The notes below the pieces were generated by a model. That model ran no database searches, was not told where the DNA came from, and saw only the letters and a program-made list of their open reading frames with translations. Both the position numbers and the translations under genes were made by a program. A stretch of 27,068 bases of DNA from Octopus sinensis. Lineage: Eukaryota. This document shows, piece by piece, positions 10,551 through 20,494 of the stretch (its first letter is position 1; each line of letters starts with the position of its first letter). The stretch lies in assembly GCF_006345805.1 (NCBI RefSeq), contig NW_021833409.1, forward strand, positions 1 through 27,068. The letters are read 5' to 3'.

Positions 10551-10687
10551 TGTTTCGTGAATACAAGTTAAAGAGCCGGCCTTCATGTGTTCGCTCGACC
10601 TGGTAGAAAGAACGACCAAAACAAACACTAATGTCTTCAAAAGGTTACTATTTCTGTTGTCGTTGACAATTAATATTGTTGTTGGCG

Positions 10688-11173
10688 TCTTCTTCTTCCA
10701 ATCAGGACTCTTGCCATTCGCCACAAAGGATAATCTCTAATTTGAGTCTACTCTAAGCTACTAAGAATGCGTGTGGCAACTTGAAGATCCACCCACCAGA
10801 CACGATTGACTGGCGGTTGCACGAGCGCGAAAGCTACGTCGCTATCCTCATTCCGTAAACGGTGGCTTTTTAACGGGTGGAGAGCTGAACCATCCTAGGG
10901 TACAGAGGATTCGCAATTCAGACTAAGGTTTGAAAGTTTACCACACCATAGTGGGTTACATCATGGTTCCTCTGCTTTGTGGCAGAAGTAGAAAGAAAGA
11001 GTGAGAGAAAGTTGTGGGGAAAGAGTACAGTGGGGTTCACCGCCACCCTTCCGCCGGAGCCTCGTGGAGCTTAGGTGTTTTTGCTCAATAAACAATGCCC
11101 GGTCTGGGAATCGAAACCATGTTCTAACGACCGCGAGTCCGCTGCCCTAACCACTGGGCCATTGCGCCTCCAC
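10688..11173 (-). mobile_element. SINE family C with ~300-nt unclassified 3' tail (tail boundary uncertain)
   Basis: Head at 11173 (attgcgcctccac), body to ~10990; the putative tail ends in gaagaagaaga on the minus strand. Confidence 0.75.
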
Positions 11174-11310
11174 TGTTGTTGGTGTTGTTGTTGCTAATGT
11201 TATAATTGTTGTTATTATTGTTGCTGTCGTCACTGGTGTTTCATTTGCTCTTGTTTGCTGCGTATATTATTTTTTACTATCCTCATTTCTATAGCTGTTC
11301 CTGCTGTTGC

Positions 11311-11635
11311 TGTTGAGCGAACGGTCTTCGTCCCAGAGCTCGCAAGAAGAGAAAAGCAGGTCAACCTCGACACCGAGAGCATCGACGGGTGGATGAATGC
11401 GCATCCAGGCTCAGTGGTTGCGTAGGAGGTCGGGGACAAGAAACAGGAAGAAAGAGTGAGAGAAAGTTGGAGCGAAAGAGTACAACAGGGGTCGCCACCA
11501 CCCCTTGTCGGAGCCTCGTGGAGCTTTTAGGTGTTTTCGCTCAATAAACACACACAACGCCCGGTCTGGGAATCGAAACCGCGATCCTCCGACCGCGAGT
11601 CTGCTGCTCTAACCACTGGGCCATTGCGCTTCCAC
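11311..11635 (-). mobile_element. SINE family C with a fourth tail type
   Basis: Head ccattgcgcttccac at 11635; tail gtccccgacctcctacgcaaccactgagcctgg. Confidence 0.88.
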
Positions 11636-12150
11636 TGCTGTTGCTGTTGTGGTAGATGTTGATTTTGTTGTGGTGGTTAATGTTGATTTTGTTGTTGTTG
11701 TTGTTGTTGTTGTTTACATTCTTGCTGTTGTTATTGTTGTTGCTGCTCTTGTCGCCGTCTGCTGTTCAACAGAGCTGCTATCACAGCATAAATTAGATGA
11801 GAGATTACAATCGTTTTTAGGCTTTCCACTCCTTGCTTATATCTTTTTACAGCGTATGTGTTCGGTGTTGTTATTGTTGTTGTTGCTTGTTGTTTGTTGT
11901 CTTGCTATTGCTGTTGTTGCTGTTGTTGTTGTTGGTGGTGGTGCTGGTAGTGTAGAGGGGTTTTGAGTCTAAAGTCACTATGAAATTTTATTCTTCAGCT
12001 TGATTTTGATAATATTGAAAATGATGTACATTGGTACATATGTACCTAAGTGCATTTGTACGCTCGAATGAAAGAATGCTCAAATGTATGCATGTATTGA
12101 TGTAAGTATGCATTCATAAAGGAGCGGATATATATATATATATATATATA

Positions 12151-12562
12151 TAGGCGCAGGTGTGGCTGTGTGATAAATAGCTTGGTTACCAACCACATTG
12201 TTCCGGGTTCAGTCCCTCAGCATGGCACCTTGAGCAAGTGTCTTCTACTATAGCCTCGGGCCGACCAAAGCCTTGTGAGTGGATTTGGTAGACGGAAACT
12301 GAAAGAAGCTTGTCGTATATATGTATATGTGTGTGTGCGTGTATGTCTGTGTGTCTGTGTTTGTCCCCCTAGCATTGCTTGACAACCGATGCTGGTGTGT
12401 TTGTGTCCCCGTCACTTAGCGGTTCGGCAAAAGAGACCGATAGAATAAGTACTGGGCTTACAAAAGAATAAGTCCTGGGGTCGAGCTGCACGACTAAAGA
12501 CGGTGCTCCAGCATGGTCACAGTCAAATGACTGAAACAAGTAAAAGAGTAAAAGAGAGTAAA
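12151..12562 (+). mobile_element. SINE family A, full length
   Basis: taggcgcaggtgtggctgtg through gactgaaacaagtaaaagagtaaaagag. Confidence 0.95.
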
Positions 12563-12691
12563 GAATATATATATATATATATAAAATCAAAATGAGGGTG
12601 AAAAATTGTATATTAATTTAATAATATCAGTTTAACACCAATGGTTTAGCGCATAAAAAACTGAGATTCAGTAAATATTATTAATACATAT

Positions 12692-12806
12692 ATGAGAGGG
12701 AATCCACCAAAAGTAAGCTCCCTTACGCTAGCCACTAAAAGTTGTTCTCAAGAAAAACTTTAGTGGCTAGCGTAAGGGAGTTCACTTTTGGTGGATTCCC
12801 TCTCAT
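12692..12806. repeat. 115-nt near-perfect palindrome (hairpin or TIR-only mini element)
   Basis: Arms 12692-12743 and 12756-12806 are reverse complements with two substitutions and a 1-nt indel. Confidence 0.95.
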
Positions 12807-13163
12807 TCTAGCTTCAGCTCAGAGCTGCGGCCTTGCTGATGCACCGCCGTTTTGTGCTACACTGTTATTACTAAGAGCCTCCTCTAATATGTGGCACTTG
12901 ATGAAGAATAGACTTTGAAATATAGCTATCCTCATTTGCACCTCTTGCAGTGAGGTAGGTTCATCTGGGACTCTCGACAGGAAGAGGTCCAGCTTTGATT
13001 TAAAAGCCCCTACATCTACTTTGTGCAAGTTCCTCAGACTCTTTGGGAGAATATTAAAAAGCTGTGGGCCCTTGAAACCCAGGCTGTTGCAGAAGATGGT
13101 CCTGAAGCGTGATGGCATTGCTGGGATCTTTGGCACTATGCAGTGTTGTCCCGTTCTAGCATT
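12807..13163 (-). mobile_element. 5'-truncated CR1/L2-group (Crack/Daphne-like) LINE: ORF2 C-terminus plus 3' end
   Basis: NARTGQHCIVPKIP...NSLGFKGPQLFNILPKSLRNLHKVDVGAFKSKLDLFLSRVPDEP matches the GPxLFNxLP...FKxxLDxFLxxxPDEP post-RT signature of this LINE group. Confidence 0.85.
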
Positions 13164-14103
13164 GGAACTATCTTCCAATGCGGCATCATGTTATTGCTAA
13201 AACAATATACAAATGCTACCCATAAGAAGAACGCCCTGACATAGAATAAATATTTATTGAATGTGTACATATTAAATCATATTAGTGTAGATTTACATCA
13301 AAGCTTCCATGTGCAAATATTTACTTACAAAAATCAACTGTTTTTAAATGCGTAAATATGAAATTGGAATTGTGAAAAAGAATTGAAGACTTTGAAGCAG
13401 CTGGTTGCAAATGTTATCTTTCTTACTGATTTCGGAATCGTTTCTCATTCCTTTCTGTAGGACAGCTAGACGTAGGAGTGGCTGTGTTGTAAGTAGATTG
13501 CTTACCAACCACATGGTTCTGGGTTCAGTCCCATTGCGTGGCACCTTGGGCAAGTGTCTTCTACTATAGCCTCGGGCCGACCAAAGCCTTGTGAGTGGAT
13601 TTGGTAGACGGAAACTGAAAGAAGCCCGTCGTATATATGTATACGTATATATATATGTATGTGTGTGTATACGTTTGTGTGTTTGTATTTGTCCCCCAAC
13701 ATCGCTCGACAACCGATGCTGGTGTGTTTACGTCCCCCGTAACTTCGGCAAAAGGGACCGATAGAATAAGTACTAGGCTTACGAAGAATATGTCCTGGGG
13801 TCGATTTGCCGACTAAAGGCAGTGCTCCAGCATAGCCACAGTCAAATGACTGAAACAAGTAAAAGTGTAAAAGTGATATAGTTTGCTCGTTTGTTTTTGT
13901 TTTTCTCCAAAACAATTCTGCCAGACTCGCTATGTTTGCACATGGAATCATTGATGAAAATCTTCCACTAATATGACTTAATACGTACACATTCAATAAA
14001 AGGGTAATGCTTAACATTTACTCTATCTTAGGGCGTTCTTCTTATGGCTAGCATTTGTATATTGTTTTAGCAACAACATGATGCCGCTTTGGAAGATAGT
14101 TCC
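13164..14103. mobile_element. Non-autonomous long-TIR / fold-back element (arms ~157 and ~172 bp)
   Basis: 13164-13320 matches the reverse complement of 13932-14103; the outer 76 bp have 4 mismatches and there is one ~13-nt indel further in. Termini GGAACTATCTTCC...GGAAGATAGTTCC; right flank TTAA. Confidence 0.85.
13468..13875 (+). mobile_element. SINE family A, full length, inserted inside the fold-back element
   Basis: agacgtaggagtggctgtg through gactgaaacaagtaaaagtgtaaaag. Confidence 0.95.
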
Positions 14104-14584
14104 TTAATGACATTTTAGGCAGCTGCTGGTCATATGTGATATGTCTTCCGCAAAAATGTGACATAATCGACTTTAGGCTCGCATCTTGGGAGTTCCTTCA
14201 ATGGTTCGTGTACATAATGAGATTTTTTTTTTTTAGATTTTTTAAAGCCAGGAAATGTTTTTGATAATGGGAAAAGTAGAGAAATAAGGAAACAAAGAAT
14301 CTCGATGTCAAAATTATGATAAAAAGAAAAGAAGTTGAATAAAAAAAAATTGCTGGCAATGAAAATAGAAGAGTAAGGCTGAGTCGGGAGAAATTATAGG
14401 AGAGCAAGAGAAAAGTTAAAAAAAAAAAGAATAAATAGAATAAGCGAGAGCCTCAGTAGAAGAAATGAATGGTAATGCCAAATAAAATAGAAGAAATAAC
14501 TCATAATAACGATTTCTAAATTTGTTACCAGGGTTATAAATTTTGAGAAAGGGCCCTTGTGAGACTCATCAATTTTCATACTTT

Positions 14585-14660
14585 AGTGGCACTTATATTA
14601 TCGAGCCCTGAAGGAGGAAAAATAAAGTTAGTCAGATCCTCACAAGATTTGGACTTGGGA
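14585..14660 (-). mobile_element. SINE family B, highly degenerate fragment
   Basis: ggcacttatattatcgagccctgaaggaggaaaaataaag resembles ggtacttattttatcgaccccgaaaggatgaaagg. Confidence 0.5.
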
Positions 14661-14989
14661 AATTAAAAGGACATAACCACATACTGCACGATATTGTTCA
14701 ATGTTTTACCGTTTCCGCCCCTTTAGCGTCCTCCGTTTTCGTAATCAATAATGATGTTTAGCTTCACATCAATGTAGAAGTATTAATTCTTATAAAGAAT
14801 GAATTTGAAGCTACGAGTGGAAGAATTCGGTTTGAGGAGGCGAAGAGAAAAGATAAAAATATTAATTTTTAAACGAGGAATATTTATGATTTTTACAGAT
14901 GTCAAGAGATAAAATACACCCTACGGCTATTTTGTCAATATTTGATGCAGTCAATATTTATCATGGTTTTATTTTTAAAAATAAGTAAT

Positions 14990-14992
<3 letters not shown>

Positions 14993-15027
<35 letters not shown>

Positions 15028-15193
15028 TGCCTCGAGTCAAGCACTTAAAGACTAAAATTTTAGATATTCTTTTAGAAATTCTTGCAGTAGTTTGGAGTTT
15101 GAAACACGAGAATATAATCATAAATGTTCTAATTGTTAAAAACCAGCAGAGAGTTAAAAGACAGAAAGAGGGAGTATGAGGTTGGAGAGAGAG

Positions 15194-15268
<75 letters not shown>
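14993..15268. repeat. (CA)n (14993-15024) and (GA)n (15193-15268) microsatellites
   Basis: Direct reading. Confidence 0.9.
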
Positions 15269-15272
<4 letters not shown>

Positions 15273-15534
15273 AGGAGGAATGAGGTTAAGAAATAGAGAA
15301 TAAGGTGAAAGGGAGAGAGATAGAGAAATAGAGAATGAGAGAGAAAAGAGAGAACTAAGGCGAAATAGAAGAAAACCGGACTTAATTGTAGTTCAGTATT
15401 GTTGATGGCATTTATGCTGTTTCTGTGGTTGACGTTGTTGTTGTTGCTTATAACCCCAGGTTAGTCCTGATCAAATACATTCCAACCCGTAACTATAATC
15501 TTTTCTTTGAAGAAAATCGGGCAGGACTTCAAGA

Positions 15535-15975
15535 ACATGTAAAGGAAGCTGTTTGCCTGAGCTTGCCGCTTACAAAGGTTGCTTTAACACACTTATTATG
15601 GCCAGAGTCCATTCTTATGTCATTGCTGAATTCTTTAACAATTGCTAGCAATCCCACAAGCTCTTCGTCATCTCTAGCAGACAGCCTCAGATCGTCCATG
15701 TAAAACAGGGGGCTTATTGTCTCGTATTCTAAACAGTGAACCCATGCATTGATTCGTTTGAGAGTGGGATCAGTGCCATGCAAAAGACTAGTGGGGAGAG
15801 AGAGAGAGAGTCACTTTGAAAGATGCCTCGTTTGATGTTGTTAGTTTAGCTCATCCCATTACTGTGGTCTAGAAGGAGACATGTGATCCACTTGGCCATG
15901 CTCCCTTGTAAGAATTTGGAGATTGCAGGAGAGATCTCACATATTTCAAGGGCCTTGAGTATCCAATTATGTTGA
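15535..15975 (-). mobile_element. Decayed R4/Dong-clade non-LTR reverse transcriptase fragment
   Basis: NWILKALEIC...KRGIFQSDSLS (RGIFQ at 15816-15830), frameshift, then ISPLFYMDDLRLSARDDEELVGLLAIVKEFSNDIRMDSGHNKCVKATF (YMDD at 15691-15702). RGIFQGDSLSP and YMDDLKL...FSxDIxMxFGxxKC are R4/Dong-type motifs. One in-frame stop. Confidence 0.88.
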
Positions 15976-15989
15976 GTATTCAATTATTA

Positions 15990-16025
15990 TTGAGTATCCA
16001 ATTATTATTATTATTATTATTATTA

Positions 16026-16075
<50 letters not shown>
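15990..16075. repeat. (ATT)n microsatellite
   Basis: Direct reading; a second array lies at 16398-16455. Confidence 0.95.
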
Positions 16076-16113
16076 GTTTATATATTTGTTTTGTAAGATT
16101 TTTGATGTGGATA

Positions 16114-16397
16114 TTGTTGTATTTAGGAATGGTCATTTTGCCAGTTTAGCCAATAAAAAAACACGCACTATATATTTGGTGTTACTTTGCTTAGTAAGGA
16201 GAGACACGCAAAGAAGAAAGAAGAAAGCAAAGGGCCACTGATGCGGTCACAGGAGTGTGACGAAAGAACTCTGGCCGAAATAAAATTAAGATTAATGTAA
16301 AATATAAATAACGCTGAAGCAAAGTAACACTAAATATATATAGTGCGTGTGATTTTATTGGCTAAACTGGCAAAATGACCATTCCTAACTACAACAA
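16114..16397. repeat. ~80-bp inverted repeat (16114-16192 / 16317-16397) enclosing a hammerhead motif; probable PLE remnant
   Basis: ttgttgtatttaggaatggtcattttgccagtttagccaataaaa...gtgttactttgctt versus its reverse complement. Confidence 0.9.
16233..16276 (+). ncRNA. Minimal type I hammerhead ribozyme candidate with variant core
   Basis: GGCCA-CUGAUGC-G-GUCACA(GGAG)UGUGAC-GAAA-G(AA)C-UC-UGGCC; stem I 5 bp, stem II 6 bp, stem III 2 bp; A9 replaced by C; predicted cleavage after C16271. Confidence 0.65.
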
Positions 16398-16454
<57 letters not shown>

Positions 16455-16480
16455 TTACTTGTCAGAACTCACGGTCTTAC

Positions 16481-16495
16481 TTGCTCTCGTTGATT
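16481..16495 (-). CDS. Candidate 15-nt frame-preserving microexon (AATCAACGAGAGCAA)
   Basis: aagttgctgtctgctctcacag|AATCAACGAGAGCAA|gtaaga; second donor gtgagt 8 nt downstream. Confidence 0.3.
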
Positions 16496-16586
16496 CTGTG
16501 AGAGCAGACAGCAACTTGTTGTTAGAGGTCTCACAGAGTCTCTTTCGCAAATTATAAGCGTTGGTACTTGAATTTTAGCTTATTGT

Positions 16587-16749
16587 GACTTCTTTCAGTT
16601 TTTTTCTGGCAAATTCACTCACAAGGCTTTGGTCGGCCGGCGGCTATAGTAGAAGGTGCCAGGCAGTGGGAATCAACCATGTGGGTGGAACCATATGGTT
16701 GGAGCTATGTGGTTGGGGAGCAGCTTCATACCACACAGCCACGCCTGCA
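16587..16749 (-). mobile_element. SINE family A, rearranged 5' half
   Basis: cactcacaaggctttggtcggcc...ccacacagccacgcctgc. Confidence 0.8.
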
Positions 16750-16771
16750 ACTTCACACACACACACATACA

Positions 16772-16834
<63 letters not shown>

Positions 16835-16839
<5 letters not shown>

Positions 16840-17012
16840 AGAAGGAAAGATCCCGAGAAGGGAAGACAGAGGGAAAAAATCGCCAGTGGTACAGACGAGG
16901 TCACATACGGATATATATATATATATATATATATTCCGTATGTGACCTCGTCTGTACCACTGGCGATTTTTTTTCCTCTGTCTTCCCTTCTCGGGATCTT
17001 TCCTTCTCCTAT
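16835..17012. repeat. 178-nt palindrome: 76/77-nt arms around (AT)12
   Basis: Arms 16835-16910 and 16936-17012 differ only in the G/A homopolymer (ggg+a6 versus gg+a8). Confidence 0.95.
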
Positions 17013-17047
17013 GTTTCCGACGAATAGCTCCGCTCGAAAAGTTAAAC
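17013..17047 (+). ncRNA. Degenerate PLE-type minimal hammerhead
   Basis: GUUU-CCGACGA-A-UAGC(UCC)GCUC-GAAA-AGUU-AAAC; stem I GUUU/AAAC; U4C; broken stem II base pair; AAAGUU in place of palindromic AACGUU. Confidence 0.55.
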
Positions 17048-17149
17048 CCTCCTTCTTCCCTTCTTTCCTGAGCGTCCAATAATACTTATTTGTTCCACGT
17101 CTTTGCGTTGTTGTGTTTTTTTGTTTTCTTGTTTGGATTAACTTTATAT

Positions 17150-17186
<37 letters not shown>

Positions 17187-17249
17187 TATGAGGAGACAGA
17201 GAGAAATAGATAGATAGATAGATAGATAGATAGGTAATACGCATGTATG

Positions 17250-17510
17250 TATGTATGTGTTTTTGTTTCCCACGTCAACTGACAACCAGGGTTCGTTTGT
17301 TTACGTCCCCACAAGTTCGCAATTCGGTAAAAGAGAGACCGATAGAATATGTACCAGACTTGCAAAAAACCAAAAGAAAAAAAATAATTGCAACAACAAC
17401 AACAATGACAGGTAGTGTGGTCGCCTTGTTCGACGAAACCCTTCACCACGGTGCTCCAGCATGGCCGCAGGCAAATAAATGAAACAAGTATAAGACAAAC
17501 GATAAAAGAA
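17250..17510 (+). mobile_element. SINE family A, 3' half with (CAA)n insertion
   Basis: gtttacgtccccacaag...gaccgatagaata...cggtgctccagcatggccgcagg. Confidence 0.8.
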
Positions 17511-18111
17511 AGAAGACGAACAACAAATAAAAGTAACAAGAAAACAAATAACTAACAACAAAAACCTTACCAGCGACCTTAGCACCGCAGAAAAAAACCC
17601 TAACCGAGACACTGCCCCCAGCAGGAAATCCTTACCACGACGGAATCAACAACACCCTGTCTCCAACTATCCCAAGACACATTGCTTTCACCTGTTCAAC
17701 ATATCTTCGCAGTATGGTGCTGCCTAGTTTTATTGTTTGGGATCTTCCTGTGTTTTTTCTTTTCTGTTCTTCAACTAAAATCTCCTTAATGCTTCCATTA
17801 AGCTATTTAACGATCCCACACCATCCACACGCATACACATTCGTATAGCCCATACGTCGCGCATAAATACAGAGCGCACACATATATATATGTACACATA
17901 CACACGCACACAGGCTTCTGTGCCAGATGCTAATTGTTTTCTGTTTTTATTTATCGTTATTATTATTATATTTTTTTTTTTACTTTCTCTCTCTCCTCTC
18001 TAATACTTCCACCTGCTCTTTACAGCTCTTCTTCGTCGATGTCGTCCTTATCTTTGGTTACTATAAAAAAATTTTTTTCATGAAATATTTAAGTCATTAC
18101 TGCTACCGTTG

Positions 18112-18226
18112 TTGCTACTACTACTACTACTAACACCACCACCACCACCACCATCTCCACAACTGCTACTATTAACACTACCACTAGTGCTACTCTCAAC
18201 ACCACCACTAAAATTACTACTACTAT

Positions 18227-18276
<50 letters not shown>

Positions 18277-18618
18277 TTTCTACTATTGCTGCTACTGCTG
18301 CTAACAACACCACCACCACAACCACCACCATCTCCACCACTGCTACTATTACCACTACCACTACTGCTACTCTCAACACCACCACTAAAATGACAACTAC
18401 TACTACTACTACTATTACTACTACTACTTCTTCTTCTTCTACTATTGTTGCTACTGCTGCAAACACCACCACCACTCCTACTATTACCACTACCACTACT
18501 GCTACTCTCAACACCACCACTAAAATTACTACTAACACTACTACACCACCACTACAACTACAACTACTATTACTATTACTACTAATAACAACAACAACAA
18601 CATAAACAACAACAATAA
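18112..18618. repeat. (TAC)/(CAC) low-complexity array with three higher-order units
   Basis: Exact 26-mer gctactctcaacaccaccactaaaat at 18189, 18366 and 18501. Confidence 0.9.
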
Positions 18619-18620
18619 TA

Positions 18621-19035
18621 CTCTCTTTTCCCGCTTTTACTTGTTTCAGCCATTTGACTGTGGCCATGCTGGAGCACCGCCTTTAGTCGAGCAAATCAAC
18701 CCCAGGACTTATTCTTTGTAAGCCTAGTACTTATTCTATCGGTCTCTTTTGCCGAAACGCTAAGTTACGGGGACGTAAACACACCACCATCGGTTGTCAA
18801 CCGATGTTGGGGCGTGGGGGCAAACGCAGACACATACACGCACACACACAATATATATATATACATATATACGACAAGCTTTTTTCAGTTTCCGTCTACC
18901 AAATTCACTCACAAGGCTTTGGTCGGCCCGAGGCTATAGTAGAAGACACTTGCCCAAGGTGCCACGCAGTGAGACTGAACCTGAAACCATGTGGTTGGTA
19001 AGCAAGCTACTTACCACACAGCCACTCCTACGCCT
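18621..19035 (-). mobile_element. SINE family A, full length
   Basis: Near-identical in structure to 5831-6246. Confidence 0.95.
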
Positions 19036-19065
19036 AATAATAATAATAATAATAACAACAACAAC

Positions 19066-19139
<74 letters not shown>

Positions 19140-19149
19140 TGATGATGAA

Positions 19150-19203
<54 letters not shown>
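19036..19203. repeat. (AAT)n then (GAT)n microsatellite
   Basis: Direct reading. Confidence 0.95.
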
Positions 19204-19262
19204 CCTTTCTACTAAAGGCACGGGGCCTGAAATTTGGGGGTAGGGGACTAATCGACTACACA
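19203..19262 (-). mobile_element. SINE family B, 3' tail fragment
   Basis: atcctttctactaaaggcacggggcctgaaatttgggggg is the reverse complement of the tail seen at 1280-1323. Confidence 0.7.
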
Positions 19263-19544
19263 GACTCTTCTCTAGTTTCCATCGCTCTACACCAATCCTC
19301 CCATCCTGCTGAAATTTGATACGGAAGAAATTTCCATCCTGTTTTGCACAGGACATAATGTACTGAGCAAAAAGTCATTGTTATTATGTACTATAGAACT
19401 GTTGGTAGAGGAGTTAATATTTTCCTAGTTTAAGGTAGAGAAAATGGAATATAAGTAGGAAGTGTAGGAGTACTAAGTAATGAATTGTCCGTTTGTAGTC
19501 TTTGAAATTGAGAGAGGGTGGATATGTAGACATAGTAGGTGCTC

Positions 19545-19992
19545 TCCAAAATGTTGATGTTGCTCTCCCTCTCTCCCTTTCTCTTACTGTATATTTCTGT
19601 CTATTTCTGTCTTGTTTTCATGTTTTCTTTCTCTCTATTGCTCTCCATCTCTCTCTTGCTCTCCCTTTTCATCTCTAGCTTAATTTCCATCTTTGTTGTG
19701 CTTTCCATTTCTCTCTTGCTCTCTCCCTCTCTTTAGCCCACCATCTCTCTCTTGCTCTCCATCTCTATCTTGCACTCAAATTTTTCTCTCTCTCTCTTGC
19801 TCTGTCTCTTTTGCTTTTTCCGTCTATTGCTCCCTCTCCCTCTTGTCCCTCTCTCCCTCTTGCTCTTTCACTTGCTCTCCCTTGTTTTCTCTTGCTTTCT
19901 TGCTTTCTCTCTCTATCGTACCTTCTCTCTCTCTCTTGCTCTCACTCTCCCTCCCTCCCTCTCTCTCCCTCACCTTCCCTCACTCTCTCTCT

Positions 19993-20022
<30 letters not shown>
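19545..20022. repeat. ~480-bp CT-rich polypyrimidine tract ending in (CT)n
   Basis: Direct reading; strong purine/pyrimidine strand asymmetry. Confidence 0.9.
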
Positions 20023-20026
<4 letters not shown>

Positions 20027-20454
20027 TTTACCTTTCTGTCTTTGTATGTAGATGTGTCATCTGAGTTATGGCAGCATTGCACTCGTGCAAATCTTGTCGT
20101 TTTATGAAATCCCATAAAGCAAAATTTATTTTTCCACAGGTTATGATACGCATCATTCTCAGGGCCCAGTGTAACAGCAGCAGTTTTTTTTAAAATCATT
20201 TTCCAGCTTCAAAAGCACCTGTAAGCATATGAGTGTATAACTATAGTTAAGGCTAGGTCTGAAGCACACATGAAACAAGCACACACGCACACACAGAAGA
20301 CACTCCCTCACACAAATATGAGTGTACGAATGTTCGATTGTGTAGGTGCGTTTCTCTGTAGGCCAAGGTAACTATCAAGAAAAAGGATTGACGGATTCCT
20401 ATTTCAAACGTTGTGAACAGATAACATTGCACTTGTAAGCATACACACAAACAC

Positions 20455-20494
<40 letters not shown>

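Noticed and set aside
17617-17783. Minus-strand open frame LNGSIKEILVEEQKRKNTGRSQTIKLGSTILRRYVEQVKAMCLGIVGDRVLLIPSW ending at a GTAAGG donor
   Set aside because: No credible acceptor and no recognised homology; this length is expected by chance.
20362-20367. Plus-strand 6-nt microexon (ctctgtag|GCCAAG|gtaact)
   Set aside because: Short pyrimidine tract, competing AG 16 nt upstream, and opposite to the strand with the best exon evidence.
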